A stretch of 29,728 nt of DNA from Chiloscyllium plagiosum (GCF_004010195.1 NC_057720.1:23685105-23714832); one strand, 5' to 3'; positions 12,061-23,483 are shown, numbered from the stretch's first letter. Notes: a model not told the origin generated them from the sequence alone. Made by a program: numbers and translations.

Positions 12061-12429
12061 CTGTATAGCCACAATATGACATCCCAACTCCTATATTCAA
12101 TATGAGATGAGGTAAATGATGAAATATTAATGTATGTAAATAGGCCTCTGACACTCAATAGTGAGATTCTTACTTAACTGTTAAAATCTTAGGGGGAATG
12201 TCTGACTTTTTTCTTGATGTTGGCAATCTCATTTTTCTATTCTCAACATATTTTCCCAACTGACTTGCATATCATCAAAAGCCTGGAAAAATTCTATCTT
12301 GTCTCCCCTTCTTAATACACACAATATAGAAATACAAAACAAACTTAAAACTATGTGTGGTTCTATTAATATCAGACCTCAAGTTACAAATTATAACATA
12401 TGAACCTTTATCACACCTCCCCATGTTTG

Positions 12430-13170
12430 TATTCTAGTTTCCTTGCAATAAGCAATAACATGTTATTGGCTTTCCTAATGCCTTGCTGTGCCTTTTGTGA
12501 TTCATGCACTCAGGCATCCAGATCCCTCTGCAGCTCAGCAATCTTCAATCTCTCACCATTTAGATAACAAGCTTATTTTTTTATTCGTCCTGACAAAATG
12601 GATGATTTTACCTTTTTCCAGTTTATTCTCTCCTTGCCGAATCCTTATCCACTCATCAATTACCTATATCCCTTTCACAGAAATTGCTGGAAAAGACCAG
12701 TATCTGCAAAGAGAAACCAGAGGCAATACCCCTTGTGAGTTGACCTCACCCCCCACAAGAGCTTCTGAGGAAGGGTTACTGGATCCAAAATGTCAACTCC
12801 GCCCTCCCCCCACAGATACCACCAGATCCACTGTGCCTCTCCAGCAACCCCTGTTTTTATTACTGATTTACAGCTTCCTCAATTTTTTTGGGTTGTTACC
12901 TGTATCCCTTTGTATCCTCCTCATTTTCTCTTCACAATTTACTTTCCTACCTATTTTTATGTCATTAGCAAATGTACGTTTGGTCCCTTCATCCAAGTCA
13001 CTTATATAAACATTGAGGCTGCAGCACTGATCGCTGTAGCACATTTCTCATTCCATCTTGCCAACTACAAAATGGTTGATTGAGACCTACTATTTTCTAT
13101 TAGCTAGCCAATCTTCTATGCGGGCCAATAAGTTGCCCCCTAGACTATGAGCTTTCATTTCCACAATAAC
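12430..13170 (-). mobile_element. Degenerate CR1/L2 RT fragment
   Basis: Reversed RT-like DNA includes cccagatccctctg-like sequence, gtcattagcaaat (antisense of F-A-N-D) and ccttcatccaagtcacttatataaa (antisense of YISDLDEG). Confidence 0.6.
12678..12875. mobile_element. Degenerate palindromic Penelope-like insertion with a decayed hammerhead
   Basis: The left arm cagaaattgctggaaaag mirrors the right arm ctctccagcaacccctg. The centre-right reads CTGAGGA-A-GGGTT-ACTG-GATCC-AAAATGT-C-AACTC (12765-12799). Confidence 0.6.
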
Positions 13171-13189
13171 TGTTGATATGGCACCTATT

Positions 13190-14590
13190 TTATTTCAGTC
13201 GTTTGACATGGCATTGTTGGGTAGTCTGCATTTATTTACCATCCTAGTTACCCTTGAGGAGATAGTGGTGAGCTGCCTTCTTGAACTGCTGCAGTACACA
13301 TGGTGTAGGTCGCACATAGGGAAGCAATTCCAGAACTTTGACCCAGGGATAGTGAAGGAATGGTGATATATTTCCAAGTCAGAGTGGTGAGTGGTTTGGA
13401 AGGGAACTCACGGATAGTGGTGTTCCTGTGTATTTGCTACCTTTGAATTTCTAGATGGAAGTGGTCATGGGCTTGAAAGATTCTGTCTAAAGATCTTTGG
13501 TGAATTTCTGCAGTGCATCTTGTGGATGTCATGCCAGTCAAGCAGGCTGCTTTATCTTGGATGCTGTCTTGAGTTTTGTTGGAGCTGCACTCATCCATGC
13601 AAGTGGGAAGTATTCCATCATAGTCCTAACTTGTGGTTTTGGGGAGTCAGGAGGCGAGTTACTTGCTGCAGTATTCCTCTCCTTGTAGCTATTGTATTTA
13701 TATGGAGAGTCCAATTGAGTTTCTGGTAAATGGTAACCCCTTGGATGTTGATTGTGGGGATTCAGTGATGGGAACACCATTGAATGACAAGGGATGGTGT
13801 TTAGATTATCTTTTATTGATGATGGTCATTGCCTGGCATTTGTGTGGCACAAATGTCACTTGACAGTTGTCAGCTCAAACCTGGATATTGTCCAGATCTT
13901 GTTGCATTTGAACTTGAACTACTTCAGTATCTGAGGAGTCGTAAGTTGTGCTGAACATTGCACAATCATTGGTGAACATTCCCACTTCTGACCTTCTGTT
14001 TGAGAAAAGGTCATTGGTGAAGCAACTGAGGACAGTTGGACCGAGGACATTACTCTGAGGACCTCCTGCAGATTCTTGAAGCTGAGATGAAAGAAGATAG
14101 AACATTACAGCGCAGTACAGGCCCTTCGGCCCTCGATGTTGCGCCGACCTGTCATACCAATCTGAAGCCCATCTAACCTACACTTTTCCATGTTCGTCCA
14201 TATGTTTGTCCAATGACAACTTAAATGTACTTTAAGATGACTGACCTCTAACAACTACAACCATCTTGCTTTGTGCCAAGTATGACTCTGACCTGCAGAC
14301 AGTTTCCCCTGATATCCATTGATTCCAGTTTTTCTAGGGCTCCTTCTTGCTGCATTCAATAGAATGCAGCCTAGATGTCAAGTAAAGTCACTCTCACTTC
14401 ACTTCTGGAATTCAACGCTTTTGGCCATGTTATAATCAAGATTGTAATGAAGGCAGGAGCTGGCGGAACCCCAAACTGGTCAGCAGTGAGCAGATTATTG
14501 CTGAGTCAGCGGTACTTGATAGCACTGTTGATGACACCGTCCATACTTTTCTGATGACTGAAAGTTAACCGATGGGACAGTAATTGCCAA
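13190..14590 (-). mobile_element. Old CR1-clade LINE 3' ~1.3 kb
   Basis: Minus translations include GGPQSNVLGPTVLSCFTNDL...MFTNDCAMF...MQQDLDNIQ and QVRTMMEYFPLAWMSAAPT. It is collinear with 16060-17410. Confidence 0.85.
14091..14234 (-). mobile_element. Short CR1 3'-tail insertion nested in the older LINE, 6-bp TSD
   Basis: The reversed tail is gatagaacattacagcgcagtacaggcccttcggccctcgatgttgcgccgacc. AGATGA occurs at 14085-14090 and 14235-14240, and the host continues gctgagatga-ctgacctc. Confidence 0.8.
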
Positions 14591-14599
14591 AAGGCTGTG

Positions 14600-14952
14600 G
14601 AATTTAGTCTCATTCCAAAAACTTGACTATTTAATTTCTGCTGCCACTTCAGTATGATATTGAATAAGTGTACAGTCAGAGAAACTGTTGAACAGAGAAA
14701 ATGTTTTGCTCTCGTAAGTGGATGTAAAAAATTCTATGGCACTATTTGAAATAGAGCAGTGGAGCTCTCATGTTCTGAACAGCGTTTATGTCTTAGCCAA
14801 CATCACTAACTAGATCATCTCTTTTACTTTATTGTTGTTTATCAGCTTTTGCTGGGCAGACGTTGGCTGCTGGGTTTCCCTATTGCACAATAATGACTGC
14901 ACTTCAAATATAATTCATTGGCTGTCAAATACTTGGGATATTCTGAGGTCAA
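14600..14952 (+). mobile_element. Deu-domain SINE (SacSINE1/AmnSINE1-like), degenerate
   Basis: gtggatgtaaaaattctatggcactatttgaaatagagcag resembles the recalled Deu core (gtggacgtaaaagatcccatggcactattt). The 3' part reads gactgcacttcaaa...aattcattggctgt...ttgggatattctgagg. Confidence 0.7.
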
Positions 14953-15195
14953 GGGCAACTGTCTATGTGGAGTTTGCACATTCTCCCCATGTCTGTGTGG
15001 GTTTCCTCCGAGTGCTCCGGTTTCTAAAGATGTGCAGGTTAGGTGAACTGACCATGCTAAATTGCCGATAGTGTTAGGTGCATTACTCAGGGGTAAATGT
15101 AGGGGAATGGATCTGGGTGGGTTGCCCTTTGGAGGGTTGGTGTGGACTTGTTGGGCCGAAGGGCCTGTTTCCACACTGTAGGGAATCAAATCTAT
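14953..15195 (+). mobile_element. HE1-type V-SINE, 5'-truncated
   Basis: It reads ggcaactgtctatgtggagtttgcacattctcccc...gtgcaggttaggtgaa...ggacttgttgggccgaagggcctgtttccacactgtagggaatc. The tail resembles the CR1/HER1 tail. Confidence 0.9.
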
Positions 15196-16059
15196 TTTCA
15201 GTTGAAGGTTGGATATGGGATTCACCTGCTACCAATTCAGTGCATGTCTTGAATTTCCTGCAAAACTGGAGCACTTTCACCATTTTAAAATCATTGTACT
15301 CTAATTAAATATTTTATTTCAACTATTTGATCAACTTAGATGTTTCCTATACCATCTGATGTTTGCAATTTGTGAAAACGCAGAAAAGTCCAAATCACAT
15401 ATATTCTACTTTTTTATACTTTTTCTTTTTTCATAGAGTTAGTCCTCGAAACAGAGGAGATTCTAAATCTGGTTATATTTTGTTTTACTGAGGAGACTCT
15501 AAATCTTCTTTTTCTTTCAAAACTTTACCCCCACACTACGGTCTAACTGCAGTATCACATATATTCTATTGATCCACTATGTTTCAAAGTCCTAAGTGGA
15601 CTAATTTGCCATTAAATGATACTCATTAATAATTTTCAGTTTGAAAAACATTTGGTAACTAAAATCTAAGTAGTATGCCAACCAGGCTGCTCATTTCTTC
15701 CGTAGGGATAAATTTGGGGCTTATGTGGAATTGAAGCTACCCCAATCACCTGAAGGCATTAGCTGAATAGGCATTGTTTCACTTCCTGGAGCAATTACTT
15801 CTTAGAGCCCTACAAATTATTTTAGTCTAGGCTATTTAAAGATAACTAAGTCGATGTAACAGCACAATTGAGTTTGGTGCTCAGTTATGCATAAGAGCAC
15901 TATTTTAACAATTGAAGAAGGAATCATAATGACCATTGTGCAGTGTGAAAGAATATCCCTGATTCCAAGAGTGGAAAAAAAAGGTTCATTTCTTAATATT
16001 GGTCACCCTTAACTTGGTTCACAAGAATATACTTATTTCTTTACTTTGGGTTTTTAAAA

Positions 16060-17410
16060 ATAATTTATGGGATCATGCTGTGCCAGCATTTATTTCCCAT
16101 CCCTAATTGCTCTGGCAAAGTTGAGCTGCCTTCCTGAATTGTTCAGTCCACTTGCTGTAGGTTGATTCACAATGTTGTTAGGGAATGAGTTCCCTGATTT
16201 TGACTGAAACAGTGCTGATGCATTTCCAAGTCAGTTCTGTGAGTGGCTTGGAGGAGAACTTGCAGGTAATGGTAAGCCCATGCCAAATGATACCTTTGTT
16301 TTCTTGATGGAAATGATCATGGGTTTGGAAGGTTTTATCTAAGGAGCTTTGGTGATTTTTTGCAGTGCAGCTTGTTGACTATATATACTGCTGCTATTGA
16401 GTATCAGTGGTGGAGGGAGTGAATGATTATAGATGTGATGCCAATCAAGCTGGCTACTTTACCCAGATGATGTCAACCATCTTGAGTTTTGTTCAGGCAA
16501 CTGGGGAATATTCTATCACACTCCTGACTTGAACCTTGTGTATGGTGGTCAATCCTTGGCGAATCAGGAGCTGAACTACGTGCTGCAGGATTCTTAGCCT
16601 CCGACCTGCTCTCATAGCCACAGTATTTGTACGGCTAGTCCAATTCATCTTCTTGCGAATGATAACCCTTAGGATGTTCACAGTGAGGAATTCAGAAATA
16701 GCAATGCCATTGAATGTCAAGAGGTGATGATTAGATTTTGTCTTGTTGGAGATGATCATTGCCTTGACCTTGTGTGGCATATTTCCCATGTGTCAGCCCA
16801 AGCCATTATTTTGTCCAGGCCTTGCTGCATTTGAAAATAGACTGCTTCATATAAATCATGAATAGTGCTGAAAATATGCAATCATCAGCGAACAAACTCA
16901 CTTCTAACCTTATGACGGAGGGAAGGTAATTGATGGTTGGGCCTAGGACACTATCCTGAGGAACTCCTGCAGTGATGTCCTGGAGCTGAGCTGACCTCCA
17001 GCAACCATGACCAACATCCTATGTGTCAGGTATGACTCTAACCACTAGAGAGCTAGCCCCAAAAATTCAAGCTTTGCTCAGGCTCCTTGACCCCACACTT
17101 GGTCAAATGTGGCTTCGATGTCAAGGTTTGTCACTCTCACCTCACCTCTAAAATTCAGCTGCTTTGTCCTTGTTTGAACCAATACTGTAATGAGGTCAGG
17201 AGCTGAGTGGCTCTGCAGGAACCCAAACTAGCATCAGTGAGCATATTATTGTCAACTAAATGCTGCTTTTTGGTGATCAGAGTAGACTGATGGGTCAGTA
17301 ATTGGCTGAGGTGTGTTTGTCCTGTTTCTTTCCAGCTTTTTGTGTACAGGACATACCAAGGCAATTATCCACATTATTGGGTAGACACCAGTGTTGTAAT
17401 GTACAGGAAC
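16060..17410 (-). mobile_element. Old CR1-clade LINE 3' ~1.35 kb
   Basis: Minus ORFs include MIISNKTKSNHHLLTFNG...AGRRLRILQ...TIHKVQVRSVIEYSPVA and YNTGVYPIMWIIALVCPVHKK. It is paralogous to 13190-14590. Confidence 0.85.
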
Positions 17411-18859
17411 AATTTGGATGGGTTGGGGTAAGGGTGGGGGAGCCATTCGGAAAATAAGAATACTGAGGAACTTATAAGTTCTAAAGACAACGGTGAATGT
17501 TTCAGTGCTTCAGCATCTGAAGTCTTTGCTTTTCTAAGCCTGTAGAAAGATGAGCAATAGCCTAAGCACCCATGAAAGTCCTATCAATTAGCTGATGTTG
17601 TTTCATTAACATTGGAAGTACAAATTTTTGTGTTCTGTAACATGACCAAATTGACGTGGAGGAAGTACATTTGACTTGATAAATAGAAAAATGTTCTTTC
17701 TTGACAAATTCATGACTGATTACCCGAAGAGTTTTGTTTGAGTCACTAAAGCTGTTTTTAAGAAGACTATATCGAAATCACTGTTTAAAACCTGCTAACA
17801 GATGCTTTCTAAATCATTTGTTTGCTCACATTTAGAGCTGTCATGTGATCATTCCCTGCAATTTAATGCAGTGATAAATTTTAACACTAACCTTTTAGAA
17901 TATTACATGTGAAAAATATTGGTGGTTATTCAAAATTTCATGTTTAATGAGAAGAGACAGAGAGTTCAATAACATGAAAATGTGATGCCTGATGCAAATA
18001 ATTTGACAGGCACGTAGAAAGCCAATAGGTCGTTGAATAAGATATTATTTAAGATGACAGCAAGATACAATGTTTGCTCATTCACATCTCTGTAAGATGG
18101 AGGAAATTGAAAAATTCAATAGGAAAGAAATGACTGCAAATGTCTTATTATTAAATTGCTATATCATATTTCCTGGTATAAATGTATTCACTATCTTATT
18201 CACTATCTAAAAATATTTCACATGTTGCCTTAAAACTGTCTACCTGTTAAGAAAATTCTTAACAATACTTTTTGTAGATTAAAGCATTTTTCAATTTCCC
18301 AAACGGTTAATTTAGTATCACATAAACGTAGATGATGATTACCATCTGTAAAATATGTTTTGGATAATTCGTTTTCCTTGGTAGCAGGATTTCTTTGAAT
18401 TAATAATTTGTTACATAGAATTTTAAGGATCATAAATGGTCTCTTTGAGGTGTAGCTTGTGTCTACAGTGAGAACATTCCACATTGTACTTTACATAAAA
18501 TGTAGCATGTAACACCCATTATAAATGTATAAATTTAATGCAAAGAAAAATTCCTAAAAAATAAACTTAGTCATGTTCGCAAGTATTGCTCCCTGCAGAT
18601 TGAACTTTAAATTGTCCAGTTTTATTATATAACATGTTTAATGGTTAATTTTCCAGTCTTAGTACTGTTTATAGCAGATAAAAGTGCTCGGGCAAATTAG
18701 TAAAATTCACAGTAGCTACAGAATGGGGCTCTGTGGGAGGTATAACTCTGGTTGATTATACCCATCGCTTGGATTTTAATTATTCTGCACTACAGTAAAG
18801 CCTTAATAAATGAGTAAAACATCAACAGCATAATTAAATTCTTGTTTTCCTCTTTGCAG

Positions 18860-18917
18860 AAAATCCTTTCCATCCCAGCATGCTACACTTGCAGCCTTCG
18901 CAGCTGTGTATGTTTCT
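18860..18917 (+). CDS. PLPPR4: Internal coding exon (58 bp) of phospholipid phosphatase-related protein 4 (PLPPR4/LPPR4/PRG-1)
   Basis: The acceptor is cttgttttcctctttgcAG (ends 18859) and the donor is GTAAGT at 18918. The exon reads (R)KSFPSQHATLAAFAAVYVS, the PLPPR C2-like motif. KSFPSQHATLAA matches PLPPR4 as I recall it, whereas PLPPR3 has KTFPSQHATLSA. It ends in phase 0 and joins the next exon in frame. Confidence 0.95.
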
Positions 18918-19084
18918 GTAAGTAATCAGGACTACCTTGTGTGATCTACTGTGTCATAACTAGTACAGAGTCAAATCTGTCAATTAATTATTAACTGTGA
19001 GTAAGAGCTTGCTCTGTTATGTTAATTAGCTGCAACCCTCATTAGTGGGTGAAATGATCAGTGTGAAAATTAGAAAGAATTTAA

Positions 19085-19800
19085 TATGAACATATGAAAT
19101 TGATGGGCAGGAAAGGACCAGCTGGTCTATTGTACCAAACACTCAAGATTAACTACTTGTCATTCCCCCATGGTCACAGCCATGTATCCTCCTAGGAAAG
19201 ATCGAAATAAAACAGGGTCAATAGGGAACGGTGGCTACCACAGCAGCCAGCAGTGTATTCCAGGGCTCACTGCTCTCTGGCAAAATGAGAAAACTTGGTG
19301 ACATCTTTCGTTTAGTTTGTACAGTACTGATCCTCCCCGAAGACAGCACTTTTGTGGTTTTTTGTAGAATCATGGAACATTAAGAAGATCAGTCAACCCA
19401 CTATGACGATTTTCCTGCTCCTAGGATGCTGCCTGACCTGCTGTGCTTTTCCAGCACCACTCTAATCTAGACTCTGGTTTCCAGCATCTGCAGTCCTTGT
19501 TTTTATCTTTAGTAAAACTTGTCCAACTTCTCCAACCTATCATTGGAACAGAATCCCTCGCACCATTCTTATAAATCTCTTCTGCGCCCTCACAGCAGCC
19601 TTGATGTCGTTCCAAAAGATGACGTTCAGTGCTCCATCTTGAGAAAAACTGGGATTTCTAATGATTTAGGGTATTCTTTTCTGACCTGCTACAATTTATA
19701 CATTGTACATGCCTTATATAGCCTTCTTAACTTGCTTTGCAAATTTTAAATTGTATGTATATCCTCATTCAGATCTTGTTATTACTGGGCCCCCTTTTAA
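19085..19800 (-). mobile_element. Highly degenerate CR1/L2 3' end
   Basis: It starts with the reversed tail-like atatgaacatatgaaattg...gcaggaaaggacca and includes reversed C-terminal DNA (ctccaacctatc...gcaccattcttataaatctcttctgcgccctc). Confidence 0.55.
19408..19507 (+). mobile_element. Penelope-like terminal fragment (segment downstream of the hammerhead cleavage site)
   Basis: The sequence is gattttcctgctcctaggatgctgcctgacctgctgtgcttttccagcaccactctaatctagactctggtttccagcatctgcagtcc. It is related to 4031-4080 and is a near reverse complement of 21307-21396. Confidence 0.75.
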
Positions 19801-20349
19801 AATTGTGTCATCTGTGGGAGTGACCTTTAAACTATACTTTATACTGAAAGATAATTAGAAAAATTCAACAAAACTACACCATTTAAGCATAACAGCAATC
19901 TTATCATCCTAATATATTTTGCCAATTGTATTGTATAATCATTTATTCAATTCCAAGTTGCATCGCAATTTACTTAATAAGAACAAATTATTGCTCTGCA
20001 GTAGATTTGAGTCCAGAAAACGTGCAGACACTTAAATTAGAATTGAGAAGAACTTCAGATAAACCGACGAGCAGGAATTTTAACTAGTTTTACATAAATG
20101 CTAAAAACCTTTCTGGTGGAACATATTGAACTAAGGGATATTTGTATAACAGAATTGCTGTAACAATGTGTAAATATATTGCAGGTCAATACAATGACTA
20201 GGTATTTTAAAATGTTTAATATCAGTATTTGTAGACGGAGATGAAACTTGGGTAGCAGAAGTAGCATTCAAACATTTAGTCAAGTAAAAAACATAGTATT
20301 AAAAGGTCAATTACAATTTAATTGCAATTGGAGAAATCACACATTGAGA

Positions 20350-21480
20350 TAGTATCTATCCCAGAAGGCTAAGGAAGAGATTAACAAAGGCACTAACCAG
20401 AATTTTCCAAACAAGTGTTTGAAAATGGGAGCTGTGCCAGATTACTGGCAACAAATATTATGCAATTGTTGAAAGAAATGCAAGCATATGAGACTAAAAG
20501 GAATGTAGCCATGTGGCTGGGAAGATCAATGAAATTTTCAAATGGACAAGATGTAAATCTATGAGAAATGTACTGGGACTACTTTTCTACTTACTTAGAT
20601 TATTCTAATGTGAGTACCAAATGAATAAAATCAAAGTTTGCCAAGGATCGAAAACTAGGGGAAATGCCAATGCCAATGTAGAAGATTGAGAGAAACCAGG
20701 TTAGCAGAGTGACTGCAAATTAAATTAGAGAAATATAAAATGGACCAAGGAATTAGATTCTAAATGGTTATAATGGAGGAACAGAGAGGTCAAGGAGTAC
20801 GTATATGTCACTAAATTGTTAACATGCAGGTTGATAATATGCCATAAGTAAGGTAGAGTAAGGATTCCTGATTATTGGAATAGCATGCATTCTGGAATCT
20901 AGATGATCAACTGAATATAGACCAACAGAAAGGACACAGGGCAGATTCACAAACATGATATCAGGAATGCAATTATTCTTGTTAAGATAGAAATTTCATA
21001 TTTTAAAGTGGAATTGAGAAGCTTAAACACTGATCTTTTCAAAGTTATGAATGGTTTTGAAAGAATGAATAGTGAAAGGTAGGCTTATCATGGTTGGTAA
21101 ACTGATAATAAATAGGCATGGGCTAAGCACCATCATTCGAGGAATACAGAGTATATTGGAAGAAATTTTAATGCTCGAGGAGCATTTACAAACAGTGATT
21201 GTTTTACCACAAATCAGCAATTGAGAAAGAGACCATACGTCATTTACAATGGGATTACATACACATTTGAAAAGAATGGGCATGATATGGGGAAAGGCAT
21301 AAGTGAGGACTGCAGATGCTGGAAGATCAGAGTCTAGATTAGAGTGGTGCTGGAAAAGCACAGCAGATCAGGCAGCATCCGAGGAGCAGGAAAATCAATG
21401 TTTCGGACAAAAGCCCTCTATGATATGGGGAAAGGGCAGGGCAGTGGATAGCTGAAGTTGGAAACATAGCACCAATGCAA
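20350..21480 (+). mobile_element. Highly degenerate CR1/L2 RT and 3' end
   Basis: Only scattered RT-like remnants remain (gtgccagattactgg, gtactgggactactttt, aagtttgccaaggatcgaaaactagg, agattcacaaacatgatatcaggaatg). Confidence 0.5.
21298..21419 (-). mobile_element. Penelope-like terminal insertion (122 bp) with 16-bp TSD and a truncated hammerhead
   Basis: ATGATATGGGGAAAGG occurs at 21282-21297 and 21420-21435. The minus strand begins GGGC-TTTT-GTCC-GAAACATT-GATTTT (stem II plus GAAA; the CUGANGA core is absent). Confidence 0.8.
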
Positions 21481-21643
21481 TTGCCTGAATTTGCTACACA
21501 TTCTACAACCAGTATTTGGCTCATTAATTCAAGCATTCGGTGAAATAAAATTCAATGATTTTTACAAAGGTTTGAATGGGAATCAGTGGTATAAGATAAT
21601 ATGCTTCATTCATTTCAACACACATTTATTTTGTGTCATTTAG

Positions 21644-21817
21644 ATGTATTTCAATGCAACCCTGACGGACTCCTCCAAACTCCTGAAGCCATTGTTAGTC
21701 TTCACTTTTATCATTTGTGCTGTGATCTCTGGTTTAACACGCATCATCCAGTACAAGAATCATCCGATTGATGTGTACTGTGGATTTATGATTGGAGGAG
21801 GAATTGCTATCTATTTG
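21644..21817 (+). CDS. PLPPR4: Internal coding exon (174 bp) of PLPPR4 with the last transmembrane helices and the C3-like motif
   Basis: The acceptor is ttttgtgtcatttAG (ends 21643) and the donor is GTAAGT at 21818. The exon encodes [58 protein letters not shown], close to the vertebrate PLPPR4 sequence as recalled. The ATG at 21644 is an internal Met, not a start codon. Confidence 0.96.
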
Positions 21818-22529
21818 GTAAGTTTCATATCTTCGAATTCATTGCAAAAATATAATTTTAGATGTTGTGTGTTCATTACTTTTAACAAGTACCTTATTTT
21901 CGCTGTTTATGCTGTTAGTCTGGTGGTCTGTAAATTTCTGGTAACGTTGCGGTAGTAAATTGGATGACATCTGTACAGAAAATCCATTTGGATACATTGA
22001 TCCATTCAGCTGTACCAGCCAGAGGCTCGAGATTCAAACCTTTGTCAGTGATGGATTGTTGCTGGATCTCTGATAGATAATGGAGAAGCACCATAAAACA
22101 GGCACTAATCTTCAGGATTAGGGACCTGAGGCAATTGCCCAGTGTTTTTTATACTAATTGATTCAAAAATCCCAATCATCCATTTAAAGGAATGAAAAGT
22201 TATGAGTAATATGTGGTCAAATTTCGGATACACTCATTTATGCGAAACTGGGAGGGCAAAGTTGTAATAAATGTTCCTCTAAATGCAGGAATTGAATCCA
22301 GTTATTGTCAGCTGATGTTAACTGAACTGCATTTAAGGTGATATCTTATAGAGTAATAGTGTCATACAGCATAGAAATAGACCCTTTGGTCCAAATCATC
22401 CATGTTAAGTTTCCCAAACTAAATTAGTTCCACTTGCCTCGGTTTAGCCCATACCCATCTAATCTTTTCCTATTCATGTACCTGTCCAAATGTCTTTTCA
22501 ATGTTGTAATATTACCTGCATCTACCACA

Positions 22530-23483
22530 ACGTTCGACAAGGTTCCCCATGGGAGACTGATCAGCAAGGTTAGATCTCATGGAATATAGGGAAAACTAGC
22601 CATTTGGATACAGAACATGCTCAAAGGTAGAAGACAAAGGGTGGTGGTGGAGGGTTGTTTTTCAGACTGGAGGCCTGTGACCAGTGGAGTGCCACAAGGA
22701 TTGGTGCTGGGTCCTCCACTTTTTGTCATTTACATAAATGATTTGGATATGAGCCTAAGAGGTACAGTTAGTAAGTTTGCAGATGACACCAAAATTGGAG
22801 GTGTAGTGGACAGCNNNNNNNNNNNNNNNNNNNNNNNNNNNNNNNNNNNNNNNNNNNNNNNNNNNNNNNNNNNNNNNNNNNNNNNNNNNNNNNNNNNNNN
22901 NNNNNNNNNNNNNNNNNNNNNNNNNNNNNNNNNNNNNNNNNNNNNNNNNNNNNNNNNNNNNNNNNNNNNNNNNNNNNNNNNNNNNNNNNNNNNNNNNNNN
23001 NNNNNNNNNNNNNNNNNNNNNNNNNNNNNNNNNNNNNNNNNNNNNNNNNNNNNNNNNNNNNNNNNNNNNNNNNNNNNNNNNNNNNNNNNNNNNNNNNNNN
23101 NNNNNNNNNNNNNNNNNNNNNNNNNNNNNNNNNNNNNNNNNNNNNNNNNNNNNNNNNNNNNNNNNNNNNNNNNNNNNNNNNNNNNNNNNNNNNNNNNNNN
23201 NNNNNNNNNNNNNNNNNNNNNNNNNNNNNNNNNNNNCCTAAGGGGCAACTTTTTCATGCAGAGGGTGGTATGTGTATGGAATGAGCTGCCAGAGGAAGTG
23301 GTGGAGGCTGGTACAATTGCAATATTTAAGAGGCATTTGGATGGGTATATGAATAGGGAGGGTTTGGAGGGATATGGGCCGGGTGCTGGCAGGGGGGACT
23401 AGATTGGGTTGAGATATCTGGTCGGCATGGATGGGTTGGACCGAAGGGTCTGTTTCCATGCTGTACATCTCTATGACTCTATA
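22530..23483 (+). mobile_element. 5'-truncated young CR1 (same subfamily as 3688-5145), with a gap
   Basis: It contains [29 protein letters not shown] and KFADDTKIG. The tail ggttggaccgaagggtctgtttccatgctgtacatctctatgactct is nearly identical to 5098-5144. Confidence 0.92.
22815..23236. other. Assembly gap inside a CR1
   Basis: Run of N. Confidence 1.

Noticed and set aside
10603..12105. 500-aa ORF as a host gene or domesticated RT
   Set aside because: It is a chimera of an antisense CR1 piece, a CR1 ORF2 fragment and an N gap. Frame continuity across the gap is not verifiable.
1..18859. Preceding PLPPR4 exon (expected ...PYFLTVCKPNYT...) and, after 21817, the final exon (expected GLYAVGNF...)
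   Set aside because: Neither was found by eye or in the ORF track. They probably lie outside the window, though a tblastn search would be needed to be certain.
21818..21955. ORF-track extension of the 174-bp exon by 45 codons (possible truncated isoform; AATAAA at 22266)
   Set aside because: There is a consensus GTAAGT donor at 21818 and PLPPR similarity stops there. T-rich intron read-through explains the hydrophobic tail, and there is no transcript evidence.
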